64,000 nucleotides of DNA from an uncultured Chloroflexia bacterium (GTDB lineage Bacteria > Chloroflexota > Anaerolineae > CG2-30-64-16): contig CAWEMM010000006.1 of assembly GCA_963810095.1 (NCBI GenBank), positions 384,001-448,000 on the forward strand, written 5' to 3'. Position 1 is the first letter of the stretch, and each line of letters begins with the position of its first letter. The notes beneath the pieces are model-generated. The model was not told where the DNA came from. It ran no database searches and was given only the letters and a program-made list of their open reading frames with translations. The position numbers were made by a program, and so were the translations under genes. This document shows positions 29,005-39,944 of the stretch, piece by piece.

Positions 29005-29436
29005 ATGGACGATCGCATGGCCGAATCGGCCGCAAAGGTTAATGCTCAAGTCGACGAGTTGCTGCGCCGCATGAACGCGAAGGCCGTGTTTGGCGAGCCG
29101 GTACAGCAGGGCAACGTCACGCTCATTCCCGTCGCCTCCGTGACCTACGGGTTCGGAACGGGGCAGGGCTGGGGCCGCAGCCCGAAGACGAAGGAAGGCG
29201 AAGCGGCGGCGCCGGAGGGGGAACCGAGCGAAGGCGCGGGCGCGGGTGGCGGCGGCGGTGGCCTGGTACGGCCAATCGGCTACATCAAGATCGATGAGAA
29301 CGGGGCCAAGTGGGAGCCCGCCATGAACATCACCCTGGTCAGCCTCGCGGGCATCCTGATGGTGGCGTGGAACGTGTTCTGGGTGATGCGGATGATCACG
29401 TCCGTGTCGAAGGCGAAGCAGCGCGGCTGCTGCTAG
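29005..29436 (+). CDS. GerW/YtfJ family protein
   Basis: AVFGEPV...TLIPVASVTYGFG-x-G-x-G...GGGGGG...PIGYI. Confidence 0.85.
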   Translation: MDDRMAESAAKVNAQVDELLRRMNAKAVFGEPVQQGNVTLIPVASVTYGFGTGQGWGRSPKTKEGEAAAPEGEPSEGAGAGGGGGGLVRPIGYIKIDENGAKWEPAMNITLVSLAGILMVAWNVFWVMRMITSVSKAKQRGCC

Positions 29437-29484
29437 CGGATCGAGTCGCGACCATTCGCGAAGCGATAGGTCCCGGTCTATCCC

Positions 29485-29515
29485 CGTGCCTGGCACTCGC
29501 GAAGTGCCGGGCACG
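29485..29515. repeat. Palindromic element family D
   Basis: cgtgcctggcact / agtgccgggcacg between convergent genes. Confidence 0.7.
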
Positions 29516-29541
29516 TCGCCTCGTTCGCACCTTGTTATAGC

Positions 29542-31422
29542 CTAGACCTGCACGACGACCCCCGTTCGCGCACCGATTCCCCGCAAGGTCAGGCCCTCAT
29601 TCGCCACGCTTACCGCTGCACGGCCCCAGAGCACGGCCGGCTGCCGTGCTGTATGCGGCAGCATCAGAGTGTCAATCGCCTCCCCACGGTTGATCACCAC
29701 CAGCACCCGCCGTTCTCCCAGCACTCGCTCGAACGCGAACGCGGTTTCCCCTGCCCACAGCAACCGGTACTCGCCGAGCCGCAGCTCGGGGTGCTGGCGC
29801 CGCAGGCGCGTCAGTGTGCGCGTGAGTTCGAGCGTGCCGCGGTCCCACGTCTCGGGACGGTCCCACGGGAACGGACGACGGTTGTCCGGGTCGTCGCCGC
29901 CGCTCATCCCAATCTCATCGCCGTAATAGATGCCGGCCGCGCCGGGCATGGTGAGTTGGAACAGCGTCGCCAGGCGCAGGCGCGCCACGTCTTCGCGGGC
30001 CTCGAAGCGCAGGCGCGTCACGTCGTGGCTCGAGAAGAGGTTGTGCGTGCAGTGCGTCACCTGCGGCGCATAGAGCGCCAGGATGTGGTTGATACCCTGC
30101 AGGAACGCGTCCGTCGTCATCGTTTGCCGGGCAAAGTAGTTGACGACCAGGTCGCGGAAGAAGTAGTTCATGGTCGCATCGAACTGCGTGCCCTGCAGCC
30201 ACGGCGAGGTGTTGCCCCAGATCTCGGCCAGCAGGTAGCAGTCGGGGCGCACCTCTTTTGCCGCCCGGCGGAAATCGTCCCAGAAATCGGGCACGACATG
30301 ACGGGCCACGTCCATGCGCCAGCCGTCAATCCCGAACTCCCGCAGCCAGTAGCGCGTCACGTCGAGGAAGTAGGCGCGCGTTTCCGGGTTGCTCAGGTTG
30401 ATCTTAGGCATGTTCAGCACGCCGTACCAGGCCAGGTAAGTCGCCTCGACCAGCGGCCCATCGTCCGTCGCGTCCTCCAGCTTCACCCCGCTCACCTCGG
30501 GGAATGTCTCCAGGAAGCGCAGGTACATCCCGCGACCCTCGGCACGCGCGGCTTCGGCCAGGTGGCGGCGGTACTTCACGCGCACGGGCCACTCCTGCAC
30601 GGTGAACCAATCCTTGTAGCGTGAGGCGGGGCCGTTCTGCACGAGGTCCTGAAAGGCGAAGAAACGCGGATGACAGTGGTTGAAGGACGCGTCGAGCACG
30701 ATCTTCATGCCCCGCCGGTGCAGCCCGTCGATCAGCTCGCGCAGCGCATCGTCGCCCCCGAAAGCCGGGTCGACATGATAGAAGTCCGCGGCGTCATACT
30801 TGTGGGTGGACGGGCTGCTGAATATCGGCGTGAGGTAGAGGATGTCGACCCCGAGGTCCTGGAGATAGTCAAGCTTCTGCGTGACGCCCTCCAGATCGCC
30901 CCCCTGGAACTCGAGCCAGGCCGGCTTGGAGCCCCAAGGCACGGTACCGGGTGGGTCGTTGGCAGGCTCGCCGTTCGCAAAGCGATCCGGGAAGACCTGG
31001 TAGATCACCGCACCTTTGGCCCAATCCGGGGTCTCGAAGGGCAGCAGCGTGCTGACGTCGAGCTTGAACCGGTCCAGGATTTCGACGCTGTGGTCGATGC
31101 CGTGCTGGCACCGGTACACCGGCCGGCCGTCCTGCGTGAGGAAGGCGAAGGAGTAGGTGATGCGGTCGGAGGCGGGGCGAATCAGGGCTTCCCAGTAGGT
31201 GAAGCGGGCATCCGCGGCGAACGGCTCGAGCGGGACTGCCCGCGGCTTGCCGTCATTGAAGACCAGCACGCCCTCTTTGAACGCGGGCTCAGACCAGATG
31301 CGAAACCGGACGCGGCCGTCGGCCAGCCGGTCGCAAAACGCCCGATCGTGCGGATCGTAGCGCAGGTCGAACGGGTACAGAAAACCGGCCTCGCCGTAGT
31401 ACTTCATCTCGATGTCGTGCAT
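29542..31422 (-). CDS. GH13 alpha-glycosidase (neopullulanase/cyclomaltodextrinase-like)
   Basis: YQVFPDRF, GGDLEG, DASFNH, DGWRMDVA, AEIW, SSHD, IYYGDEIG...DPDNRRPF. Confidence 0.93.
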   Translation of the reverse strand: MHDIEMKYYGEAGFLYPFDLRYDPHDRAFCDRLADGRVRFRIWSEPAFKEGVLVFNDGKPRAVPLEPFAADARFTYWEALIRPASDRITYSFAFLTQDGRPVYRCQHGIDHSVEILDRFKLDVSTLLPFETPDWAKGAVIYQVFPDRFANGEPANDPPGTVPWGSKPAWLEFQGGDLEGVTQKLDYLQDLGVDILYLTPIFSSPSTHKYDAADFYHVDPAFGGDDALRELIDGLHRRGMKIVLDASFNHCHPRFFAFQDLVQNGPASRYKDWFTVQEWPVRVKYRRHLAEAARAEGRGMYLRFLETFPEVSGVKLEDATDDGPLVEATYLAWYGVLNMPKINLSNPETRAYFLDVTRYWLREFGIDGWRMDVARHVVPDFWDDFRRAAKEVRPDCYLLAEIWGNTSPWLQGTQFDATMNYFFRDLVVNYFARQTMTTDAFLQGINHILALYAPQVTHCTHNLFSSHDVTRLRFEAREDVARLRLATLFQLTMPGAAGIYYGDEIGMSGGDDPDNRRPFPWDRPETWDRGTLELTRTLTRLRRQHPELRLGEYRLLWAGETAFAFERVLGERRVLVVINRGEAIDTLMLPHTARQPAVLWGRAAVSVANEGLTLRGIGARTGVVVQV

Positions 31423-31453
31423 CCCAACGACTCCTTCAACACAGCGATCTCAT

Positions 31454-31522
31454 CACAAAGGCTCGAAGACACCTAGGCGCACCGAGCCCTCCGTGCAGCC
31501 TGGAGACTTAGTGGCTTCGTGG
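31454..31522. repeat. Degenerate palindromic element family A overlapping the MFS stop codon
   Basis: cacaaaggctcgaagacac ... ttagtggcttcgtgg. Confidence 0.5.
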
Positions 31523-32713
31523 CTCACGAGACCTGCCCGGCAGCATGGCCACGAGCGGCAGGCCCAGCACGGGCAGCAGCGCGCTCACACTGAACGCAAT
31601 GCGCAAGCTGAACGCATCGGCCAGCAGCCCCAAGGCAAGGGTGGCGGTTGCGTTCGTCAGGAACACCAGGCCCAGGTACAGACCGTTCGCCATGGCGCGG
31701 CTCTCGGGAAAGCGCTCTGAGATCAGCGCCATCATGACCGGCATGATGGACAGGGAAAAGAAGCCGAGCGCCACGAGCAGCGGGAGCCGGCCCGCGCCCG
31801 GCACGAGCATGAACGCGACCATCAGCGGCGTGGCCGCAGCCATCGCAACCATCAGCACCTTGCGCCGGCCGATGCGGTCGCTCAAGCTGCCCGCGGTCAG
31901 CGAACCCACCATGCCTGCAGCCTCGAAGATGGCGAGGGCCGCGCCCGCAAACCAGAGCGTGTTGCCTTCACTCTTCAAAAAGACCGGCAAATAGGTGCTG
32001 AGCGCGCCGGCCATGAACGAACGCACGATGGTGATACCCACCACGGGGAAGAGCAGCGGCCGCATCCCGGCTAGGGCCGCCCGCCACGGCTGCGACTGGG
32101 CCGCGGCCTGACCCGAGACCGACGAAACATGGCGCAAGCGAACGGCAAGCACGGCAGACGCGGCCAGGCCACCCACCATCAGCCACGGCGTGTTTTGCAG
32201 GCCGATCACACTGATCGCCGCGACGATCACCAGCGGCCCGACTGTGTAGCCCAGGCCGCCGCCGACCATCCACGTGCCCATCGCCCGGCCGATCCGGTTG
32301 CCCGAGCGATTGGCCGCCACAACCGGGCCTACCGAATGCAAGCCGGCGCCGCCCGCGCCCACGATGAGCAGGAGGAACGCCAGCATGGCATAGCTCGGCG
32401 CGACGCCCAGCAGACTCATGCACACGCCGGCGATGGCCGGCGCGGCGATGACGAGGACGCGCAGGTTGCGGCGGTCGGCCAGGTAGCCGATGAAGGGCTG
32501 ACTGAGCGACGGCCACTGGAGAAAGACGTTGAGCAGCCCGGCCTGCGCGTTCGACAGGCTGAACTTCTCGATCAGGACCGGCAGCAGTGGGGGCAGGAAC
32601 GCGGTGTACGTGTCATGCACTGCGTGGCCGAGCGTGACTGTGTTGACGTCGGCAGTTTCGAAGCGTTCTTGTGCGGCGACCGCGGCCAGGGATTCGGCTT
32701 GTGCGACGGCCAT
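31508..32713 (-). CDS. MFS transporter (Fsr-like)
   Basis: HAVHDTY...LPPLLP, QPFIGYLADR, GSLSDRIGRR; multiple TM helices. Confidence 0.88.
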   Translation of the reverse strand: MAVAQAESLAAVAAQERFETADVNTVTLGHAVHDTYTAFLPPLLPVLIEKFSLSNAQAGLLNVFLQWPSLSQPFIGYLADRRNLRVLVIAAPAIAGVCMSLLGVAPSYAMLAFLLLIVGAGGAGLHSVGPVVAANRSGNRIGRAMGTWMVGGGLGYTVGPLVIVAAISVIGLQNTPWLMVGGLAASAVLAVRLRHVSSVSGQAAAQSQPWRAALAGMRPLLFPVVGITIVRSFMAGALSTYLPVFLKSEGNTLWFAGAALAIFEAAGMVGSLTAGSLSDRIGRRKVLMVAMAAATPLMVAFMLVPGAGRLPLLVALGFFSLSIMPVMMALISERFPESRAMANGLYLGLVFLTNATATLALGLLADAFSLRIAFSVSALLPVLGLPLVAMLPGRSREPRSH

Positions 32714-32717
32714 ACGC

Positions 32718-33419
32718 CTAACGCTCGAGCAGCGCCGGCAGGTCGCCGAGCGGGCCGCGGTAAGTAGGTTCGGGGGTGGAAGGTTGGAGCGCAGTCATGG
32801 GACCCTCGACGAGGTAAGTATCGCACCCCATGTTTTTGGCGACCATGTCCATGTGCTCGTCGCCGACGACGAGACATTCTTCCGCCAGGCGGCCGAGCCG
32901 CGCGCAGACGTCGTCGAAGTAGCGCAGGTTGGGCTTGCAATACCGGCTGTTCTCGTAGGTCGTCACCCACTTGAACGGGAGGTCGACCACGCCGGCCCAC
33001 CGCATGCGCTCGCGCACTGCGGCTTCGGGAAAGAGCGGATTCGTGATGACTGCCGTGTCATACCCCATGGCAACGATCTTCTCGACCACGCCCCGCGCCT
33101 CGGGCTTGCACCGCGTCACGCTCGCCAGCTTCGGGAAATCCTCCGCGTAGAATGCGTCAAATACCGGCTCCAGTTCAGCCCGCTGGCGCCCTTCGAATGG
33201 GAAGAAGGCCGCCATGAACACGTCCTGGTTGGTTGCTCGACCGTCGTTCGCCGCCATCTGCTCGGTCGCCCATAACAGCCGCTGGACGAATGCCTTCGGC
33301 TCGAAGTAGGGCGCGACGCGCGCAGAGAGTGCCTTGAGGTAAACCGGCAGGAAGTGCTCCATGCTGCTGTCGAGCAGCGTGCCGTCGAGGTCGAAAAGAA
33401 TCGCTTTGTAGAGGGGCAT
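32718..33419 (-). CDS. HAD family hydrolase
   Basis: LFDLDGTL, TNPLFP, CKPN...VVGD. Confidence 0.9.
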   Translation of the reverse strand: MPLYKAILFDLDGTLLDSSMEHFLPVYLKALSARVAPYFEPKAFVQRLLWATEQMAANDGRATNQDVFMAAFFPFEGRQRAELEPVFDAFYAEDFPKLASVTRCKPEARGVVEKIVAMGYDTAVITNPLFPEAAVRERMRWAGVVDLPFKWVTTYENSRYCKPNLRYFDDVCARLGRLAEECLVVGDEHMDMVAKNMGCDTYLVEGPMTALQPSTPEPTYRGPLGDLPALLER

Positions 33420-33440
33420 GTGGTCGATAGACTCCTTGGC

Positions 33441-33471
33441 GAAGCCGGGTTCCTTGGGGAAATCCGGTTTC
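33441..33471. repeat. Palindromic element family C
   Basis: gaagccgggttcc / ggaaatccggtttc. Confidence 0.65.
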
Positions 33472-33482
33472 TCGGTGGCGCA

Positions 33483-34958
<1,476 letters not shown>

Positions 34959-35156
34959 GGCAGGCAGAATTATACACCAGCCGGCGACAGTGGCCCCGAA
35001 CTGGCCCGACCGGTTAGGGCGAAACAGGGCACAGGGGTGGTGCGTATAAGGGATGGAGCATAGTGTCAGCCAATCGTCGGCCAGACATCCGAACGGCTGC
35101 GGCCGTTGTGCTAAAATGCGATGCAGAACTTGTCGCTCGACAACGAGGAGTCAGGT

Positions 35157-37145
35157 ATGACACACATCCGCCCTACATCCCGCCGGGCGCGCGGCGCGAC
35201 CGTCGGCCGCGTGTTCCTGCTGGCGATGATCTTGCTGCTCTCCTTCAGCGGTCTTGCCAGCGCACAGTCCAAGACGCTCTACTGGCAGCGCTACGACCCG
35301 GACATCACCATCCTGAAGAACGGCGACTTTCGGGTCGAGGAAACCCAGGAGCTCGTCTTTACGAACGGCACGTTCCGGTTCGGGCAGCGCGAGATCCCGA
35401 TCAACCGGTTCAGCGACCTGACTGACATCACGGTGCGTGAGGAAAACGGGCCGGAATACAAGTACTCTGAAGGCGACGAACCCTACACCTATCGCACCTA
35501 TCAGGACAACGGCAACGTCTATATTCGCTACAACTTCCCGCCCTCGACCGACACCCGGCGCACCATCGTGGTCGGCTATACAGTCGTCGACGGCCTGCGC
35601 TATTACGCGGACAAGGGCGTAGATCAGCTCGACTGGAAAGCGATTCCGAGCGGCAACCCCTTCCCGACCCAGTCGTCGACGATCACGCTGCACCTGCCGG
35701 AAGGGGCAACGTTTACCAACTACGGCCTGTACGGCAAAGAGGGTGCCGCCAACTTCCAACCCGGGCAGCGCGACGCGACGATCAAGGTCAATGGCCCGAT
35801 CCAGTCGGGCGAGGAAGTCGAGGTCGTGGCCGAGTGGCAGCACGGCATCGTTGCAGGCCAGCCGCAGCCGTGGCAGGCCGAATTGGATCAGCAAGCCGCG
35901 CAGCAAGCCCAGCAGCAGGCCTTCCGCAAGCAGTGGGGGCCGGTGTTCGACCTGGGGTTCCTGGCGGTCGGCGGCCTGCTCGCCATCGGCGGGCCGGTAC
36001 TGCTGTACCTGTGGTGGTATCGCAAGGGCCGCGACGCGCCCGTGGGGCTCGTGGCCGATTACCTGCCCGAGCCGCCCTCTGACCTGCCGGCCGGCATGGT
36101 GGGCACGCTGATCGACGAGAAGGCCGACCTGCAAGATGTCATCGCAACGCTCCTGGACCTTGCGAAGCGCGGCTACCTGGAGATCGAGGAGGAGCAGAAG
36201 CCGGGGTTCTTGGGTATCGGCAGCTCGAGCGACTTCACCTATCGCCGCAAAAATATGGACGTGAGCAAGCTGCGACCGTACGAACAGCTCTTCGTTAAGG
36301 AGTTCTTCGGCAAGAAGCAAGAGGTGCAGCTCTCCGACTTGAAGAACAAGTTCTACAGCGCACTGCCGTCGCTGCGCAGCGCCCTATACAAGGACGTGGT
36401 CGAGGAAGGACTGTTCTCCCGCAGCCCTGACACGGTGCGGCAGCAGTTCGGCTGCCTCGGCGCAGTGGTGCTGGTTGCAGGCCTGTTCGGCGCCTTCGTC
36501 CTGTCGGCGTTCCTGCTACGGCTGTCGAGCTTTGCGATCTGCCTGCCGCTGGGCATTGGCCTGATCGGGATCGGGATTATCATCCTGGCCCGCTTCATGC
36601 CGCGGCGCACAGAAAAGGGCGCCGACGCGGTCGCACGCTGGAATGCGTTCAAGCGTTACCTGCAAAACCTGGAGAAGTACACGAACGTCCAGGAAGCCGG
36701 CCAGATATTTGGCGACTACATGCCCTACGCAGTGGCGTTCGGGCTGGAGGACAGCTGGATCGCGAAGTTCCGTAACGTCGAGGCGCCTCCGCCCACCTGG
36801 TGGATCCCGTGGGGCTATCCCCGGCCGTACTATGGCGGGGGCGGTTATGCAGGCGGCGGGCATAGCAGCGGCGGCGGCAGCATGCCGGTAGGGATGCCGG
36901 GCGGCGGGAGTGAAGGCGGTCCTCGGCCGTCGTTGAACGACATGTCGCGCGGCATGGGCCAGAGCCTGGCCGGTATGAGCGCCGGGCTGGGAGCGATGCT
37001 CTCGCAGGCCTCCAGCACGCTGACCAGCTCGCCCGCGCCGAGCGGCGGCAGCGGCGGTGGAGGCGGGTTCTCGGGCGGCGGTTTCTCGGGCGGCGGCGGC
37101 TTCTCGGGCGGTGGCGGCGGCGGCGGCGGCAGCAGCTTCGGATAA
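35157..37145 (+). CDS. DUF2207 family membrane protein with Gly-rich tail
   Basis: Signal peptide, Ig-like N-terminal domain, TM helices, PPSDLPAG, ATLLDLAKRGYL, MPYAVAFG, GGGFSGGG tail. Confidence 0.9.
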   Translation: MTHIRPTSRRARGATVGRVFLLAMILLLSFSGLASAQSKTLYWQRYDPDITILKNGDFRVEETQELVFTNGTFRFGQREIPINRFSDLTDITVREENGPEYKYSEGDEPYTYRTYQDNGNVYIRYNFPPSTDTRRTIVVGYTVVDGLRYYADKGVDQLDWKAIPSGNPFPTQSSTITLHLPEGATFTNYGLYGKEGAANFQPGQRDATIKVNGPIQSGEEVEVVAEWQHGIVAGQPQPWQAELDQQAAQQAQQQAFRKQWGPVFDLGFLAVGGLLAIGGPVLLYLWWYRKGRDAPVGLVADYLPEPPSDLPAGMVGTLIDEKADLQDVIATLLDLAKRGYLEIEEEQKPGFLGIGSSSDFTYRRKNMDVSKLRPYEQLFVKEFFGKKQEVQLSDLKNKFYSALPSLRSALYKDVVEEGLFSRSPDTVRQQFGCLGAVVLVAGLFGAFVLSAFLLRLSSFAICLPLGIGLIGIGIIILARFMPRRTEKGADAVARWNAFKRYLQNLEKYTNVQEAGQIFGDYMPYAVAFGLEDSWIAKFRNVEAPPPTWWIPWGYPRPYYGGGGYAGGGHSSGGGSMPVGMPGGGSEGGPRPSLNDMSRGMGQSLAGMSAGLGAMLSQASSTLTSSPAPSGGSGGGGGFSGGGFSGGGGFSGGGGGGGGSSFG

Positions 37146-37155
37146 GAGCAGCGTA

Positions 37156-37187
37156 GACCTTCGGGGTTTGCTGAAACCCCGAAGGTC
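37156..37187. repeat. Palindromic element family B
   Basis: gaccttcggggttt / aaaccccgaaggtc perfect inverted repeat. Confidence 0.8.
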
Positions 37188-37210
37188 CGATTGAAGACAG
37201 GAGGAACAAC

Positions 37211-37738
37211 GTGCCAGGACAGGGTCGAACACTCGGAATCATTCTGATCGTCGTGGCGCTGATAGCGCTGCTGGTAGCCGGGGTGCTGCTCGTGACGCAG
37301 GTGGCGAGCGGTGAAACAACGCCCAGCGGTGCGGTGCTGGGCCTGCTGATCGCACTCATCGTCTTCGTGCTGCCACTGGGCGGCGGCGGGTTGTACCTGC
37401 TGACCCGCGGGAAGCAGGAGGCGGCCGAGTATGCCGAGGTGGAGAAACAGAAGAAGATCCTGAACATGGTGCTGGCGCAGGGTAAGGTCACCCTGTCTGA
37501 CGTGGCGATCGAGCTCGACATGCCGATCGACAAGGTCGAAGACATGGTGCGCGACCTGGTGGGCAAGAACCTGTTCAGCGGCGCAATCAACTGGAACGAC
37601 GGCGTTTTGTACTCGAAGCAGGCATCGAAGATGAAGGCGGACCAGAAATGTCCGAACTGCGGCGGCCAGCTCCAGCTGGCGGGCAAGGACGTCATCGAGT
37701 GCCCGTTCTGCGGCTCGACCGTGTTCCTTTCCAATTGA
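37211..37738 (+). CDS. Membrane protein: two TM helices + winged-helix (PCI-like) + zinc ribbon
   Basis: Two hydrophobic helices; GKVTLSDVAIEL...FSGAINW; CPNCGG...CPFCG. Confidence 0.75.
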   Translation: MPGQGRTLGIILIVVALIALLVAGVLLVTQVASGETTPSGAVLGLLIALIVFVLPLGGGGLYLLTRGKQEAAEYAEVEKQKKILNMVLAQGKVTLSDVAIELDMPIDKVEDMVRDLVGKNLFSGAINWNDGVLYSKQASKMKADQKCPNCGGQLQLAGKDVIECPFCGSTVFLSN

Positions 37739-37745
37739 GGCGTCC

Positions 37746-38171
37746 ATGAGCTCGACGCGTGTGCAGGAGACACAGCAGTTTCCGTTCATCCTGCGGGTCT
37801 TGTGGTTCATCTTCGTGGGGTGGCACGTCACCCTCTACTGGATCTTGATTGCCTGGTTCCTCAACCTGACGATCGTCGGGCTGCCGTTCGGGTTGTGGAT
37901 GCTCAATCGCGTGCCACTTGTGTTGACTTTGCGTACTACAAGAAGCTACAATGTTGCGACCGCAACGGGCGACCAGGTCACGTGGCACTATGAGAACGTG
38001 CCCCAGCATTCGTTTGTCGTGCGTGCGCTCTACTTCGTGCTGATCGGCTGGTGGTTCAGCCTGATTTACTCCCTACTGGCCTGGCTCCTGTGCGTCACGG
38101 TCATCGGCCTGCCGCTGGGGGTCTGGATGTTCAATCGCTTGCCGCAGGTGACCACGTTGATGCGGCAATAG
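37746..38171 (+). CDS. YccF domain membrane protein
   Basis: Two repeats of (W/Y)F-x-x-x-GW...W-x-L-x-x-T(I/V)(V/I)GLP-x-G. Confidence 0.85.
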   Translation: MSSTRVQETQQFPFILRVLWFIFVGWHVTLYWILIAWFLNLTIVGLPFGLWMLNRVPLVLTLRTTRSYNVATATGDQVTWHYENVPQHSFVVRALYFVLIGWWFSLIYSLLAWLLCVTVIGLPLGVWMFNRLPQVTTLMRQ

Positions 38172-38198
38172 CGCAAGGCTCACCGAGGAGAGAGTTGT

Positions 38199-38720
38199 AT
38201 GGATCCGGTTCAGAACGCCAAGGACGAAATGGGCGGCCTGGAAAAGGCCATCGCCGGCTTGCCCGGCATCAAGGGCTATCGCGAGAAGGAGCTGCGCCGC
38301 GACGCCGATAAGCAGGTACGCGACAACCTGGCGCGGCATCTCGAAAGCCGGCGCCGCAGGCTAACCGCCCTCCAAAGTGACCTGCTGGCGTCCGGCGGGC
38401 TCGATTGGATGGACGACATCGAACGCGTCGTGGGCCGGCTGCAGCTCTTCATCGACCGGGTCAAGACGGCCTCGTACGGCTACGCGCCGCTGTTCGGGCT
38501 CAACCGCGTCGACGAGAACGACCTGGACAGGCTGGTCGGCTTTGACCAGGACCTCTACAACCAGGTGGGTCCGCTTGACGAAGCAATCGGCAAGCTGGAG
38601 CAGGCCGTGCAGGCCAACGAGGGCATTAAGGAAGCGCTGCGGGCCGTGGGCGACCTGGTATCCGCGCTGAACGAGACGTTCAATCGCCGCGCCGAAGTCA
38701 TTCAAAGCACGGGCGCATAA
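38199..38720 (+). CDS. Hypothetical all-helical cytoplasmic protein
   Basis: GAGGAG RBS; PG-x-KGY-x-x-KE-x-RR-x-AD motif; amphipathic helices. Confidence 0.75.
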   Translation: MDPVQNAKDEMGGLEKAIAGLPGIKGYREKELRRDADKQVRDNLARHLESRRRRLTALQSDLLASGGLDWMDDIERVVGRLQLFIDRVKTASYGYAPLFGLNRVDENDLDRLVGFDQDLYNQVGPLDEAIGKLEQAVQANEGIKEALRAVGDLVSALNETFNRRAEVIQSTGA

Positions 38721-38768
38721 GCATGCAAGGCGTAGAAGCGCCTGGCTTAACCTTGAGGAGGTAATCGG

Positions 38769-39849
38769 ATGCCGCGTATTTTCGACATAGTTGAAGCGCC
38801 CGACCAGGGCTTGAACCAAATGGTGTACCGCGTGCCGACGACCGGAAGTGGCGACTTTCGGATCGGTTCACAGGTGATCGTGCGGGAAAGCCAGGCGGCC
38901 GTGTTCTTCCGGGATGGGAAGGCGCTCGACGTTTTCGGTCCCGGCCGGCACACCATCACGACCGCAAACATCCCCTTGCTGGTCAACATCCTTGGCCTGG
39001 CCTTCAGCGGCAACACGCCGTTCAAGGCCGAGGTCTACTTCGTCAACATGCGCGACTTCATCGACATGAAGTGGGGTACACCTGAACCCATCACCCTGCG
39101 CGACAAGGAGCTCGGCATGGTGCGGCTGCGCGCAAACGGCCGGTACTCGATGGCCGTGGCCGAGCCGCAGATGTTCGTCACGAAGATCGTGGGCACGCAG
39201 GGGCTGTATCAGACGAGCCAGATCGAGGATTACCTGCGGGGGATCATTATCAGCCGCCTGACCGACCTCATCGGCGAGACGATGGGCAGCATCTTCGACC
39301 TGCCGGCCAAGTTCGACGAGGTGAGCGGCGCCATCCGGGTCAAGGTATCAGACGACTTCTTGCAGTTGGGCATCCAACTCAAGCAGATGTTCCTGGGCAG
39401 CGTCAGCCCGACCGAAGAGACCCAGAAGGCGATCGACGAGCGCGGCGTCAATGGGCGCGATCGGCAACATGCAGGCCTACATGCAGTATCAGGCGGCGAA
39501 GTCGATCCGCGACGCGGCGAGCCAACCGGGCGGCGAGGGCGGCGGGGCCAGCACGGGCGTGGGCCTGGGTGCGGGCATCGGACTGGGGGCCGGCATGGCC
39601 GGCATGATCAACCAGGCGATGCAGGGCGGCGGCCAGCAGGTGCAGCCGCCGGCGGCGAGTGGGGCACAAGGGTCGGCCGGCAGCGGGGCAGCACCCGAGG
39701 TCATGACGCTGGCCGAAGCCGCTGCTTACCTGAAGGTCGATGCCGCGGATGTGCAGGGGTTGATCAGTTCGGGCCAGGTTAAGGCCAAGCAGATCGGCTC
39801 GGAGTACCGGATCAGCAAGAAGGCGCTGGACGACTTCCTGTCTTCCTGA
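38769..39849 (+). CDS. SPFH/Band-7 domain protein with C-terminal excisionase-type HTH; apparent frameshift near 39445
   Basis: GSQVIVRESQAAVF...PGRHT...EVYFVN...KWGTPEP; GVGLGAGIGLG; VMTLAEAAAYLKV...AKQIGSEYRISK. Confidence 0.88.
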
Positions 39850-39863
39850 AGGGAAATGAGTCG

Positions 39864-39933
39864 CTGATCGAACTGATTGGACTGATTTGAACTGCTCGTC
39901 TCCGGGACGATCATCACGATCAGTCCAATCAGT
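39864..39933. repeat. Palindromic element family E (ACTGATTG tandem arms)
   Basis: ctgatcgaactgattggactgat ... atcagtccaatcagt. Confidence 0.7.
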
Positions 39934-39944
39934 CAGAGCAGCGG

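Noticed and set aside
37040-37142. GGCGGC / TTCTCGGGCGGC tandem repeats
   Set aside because: They encode the normal GGGFSGGG tail of DUF2207 proteins.
39451-39849. Excisionase-like HTH as evidence of a prophage or integrative element
   Set aside because: No integrase, att site or phage genes; it is best read as the C-terminal domain of the SPFH protein.
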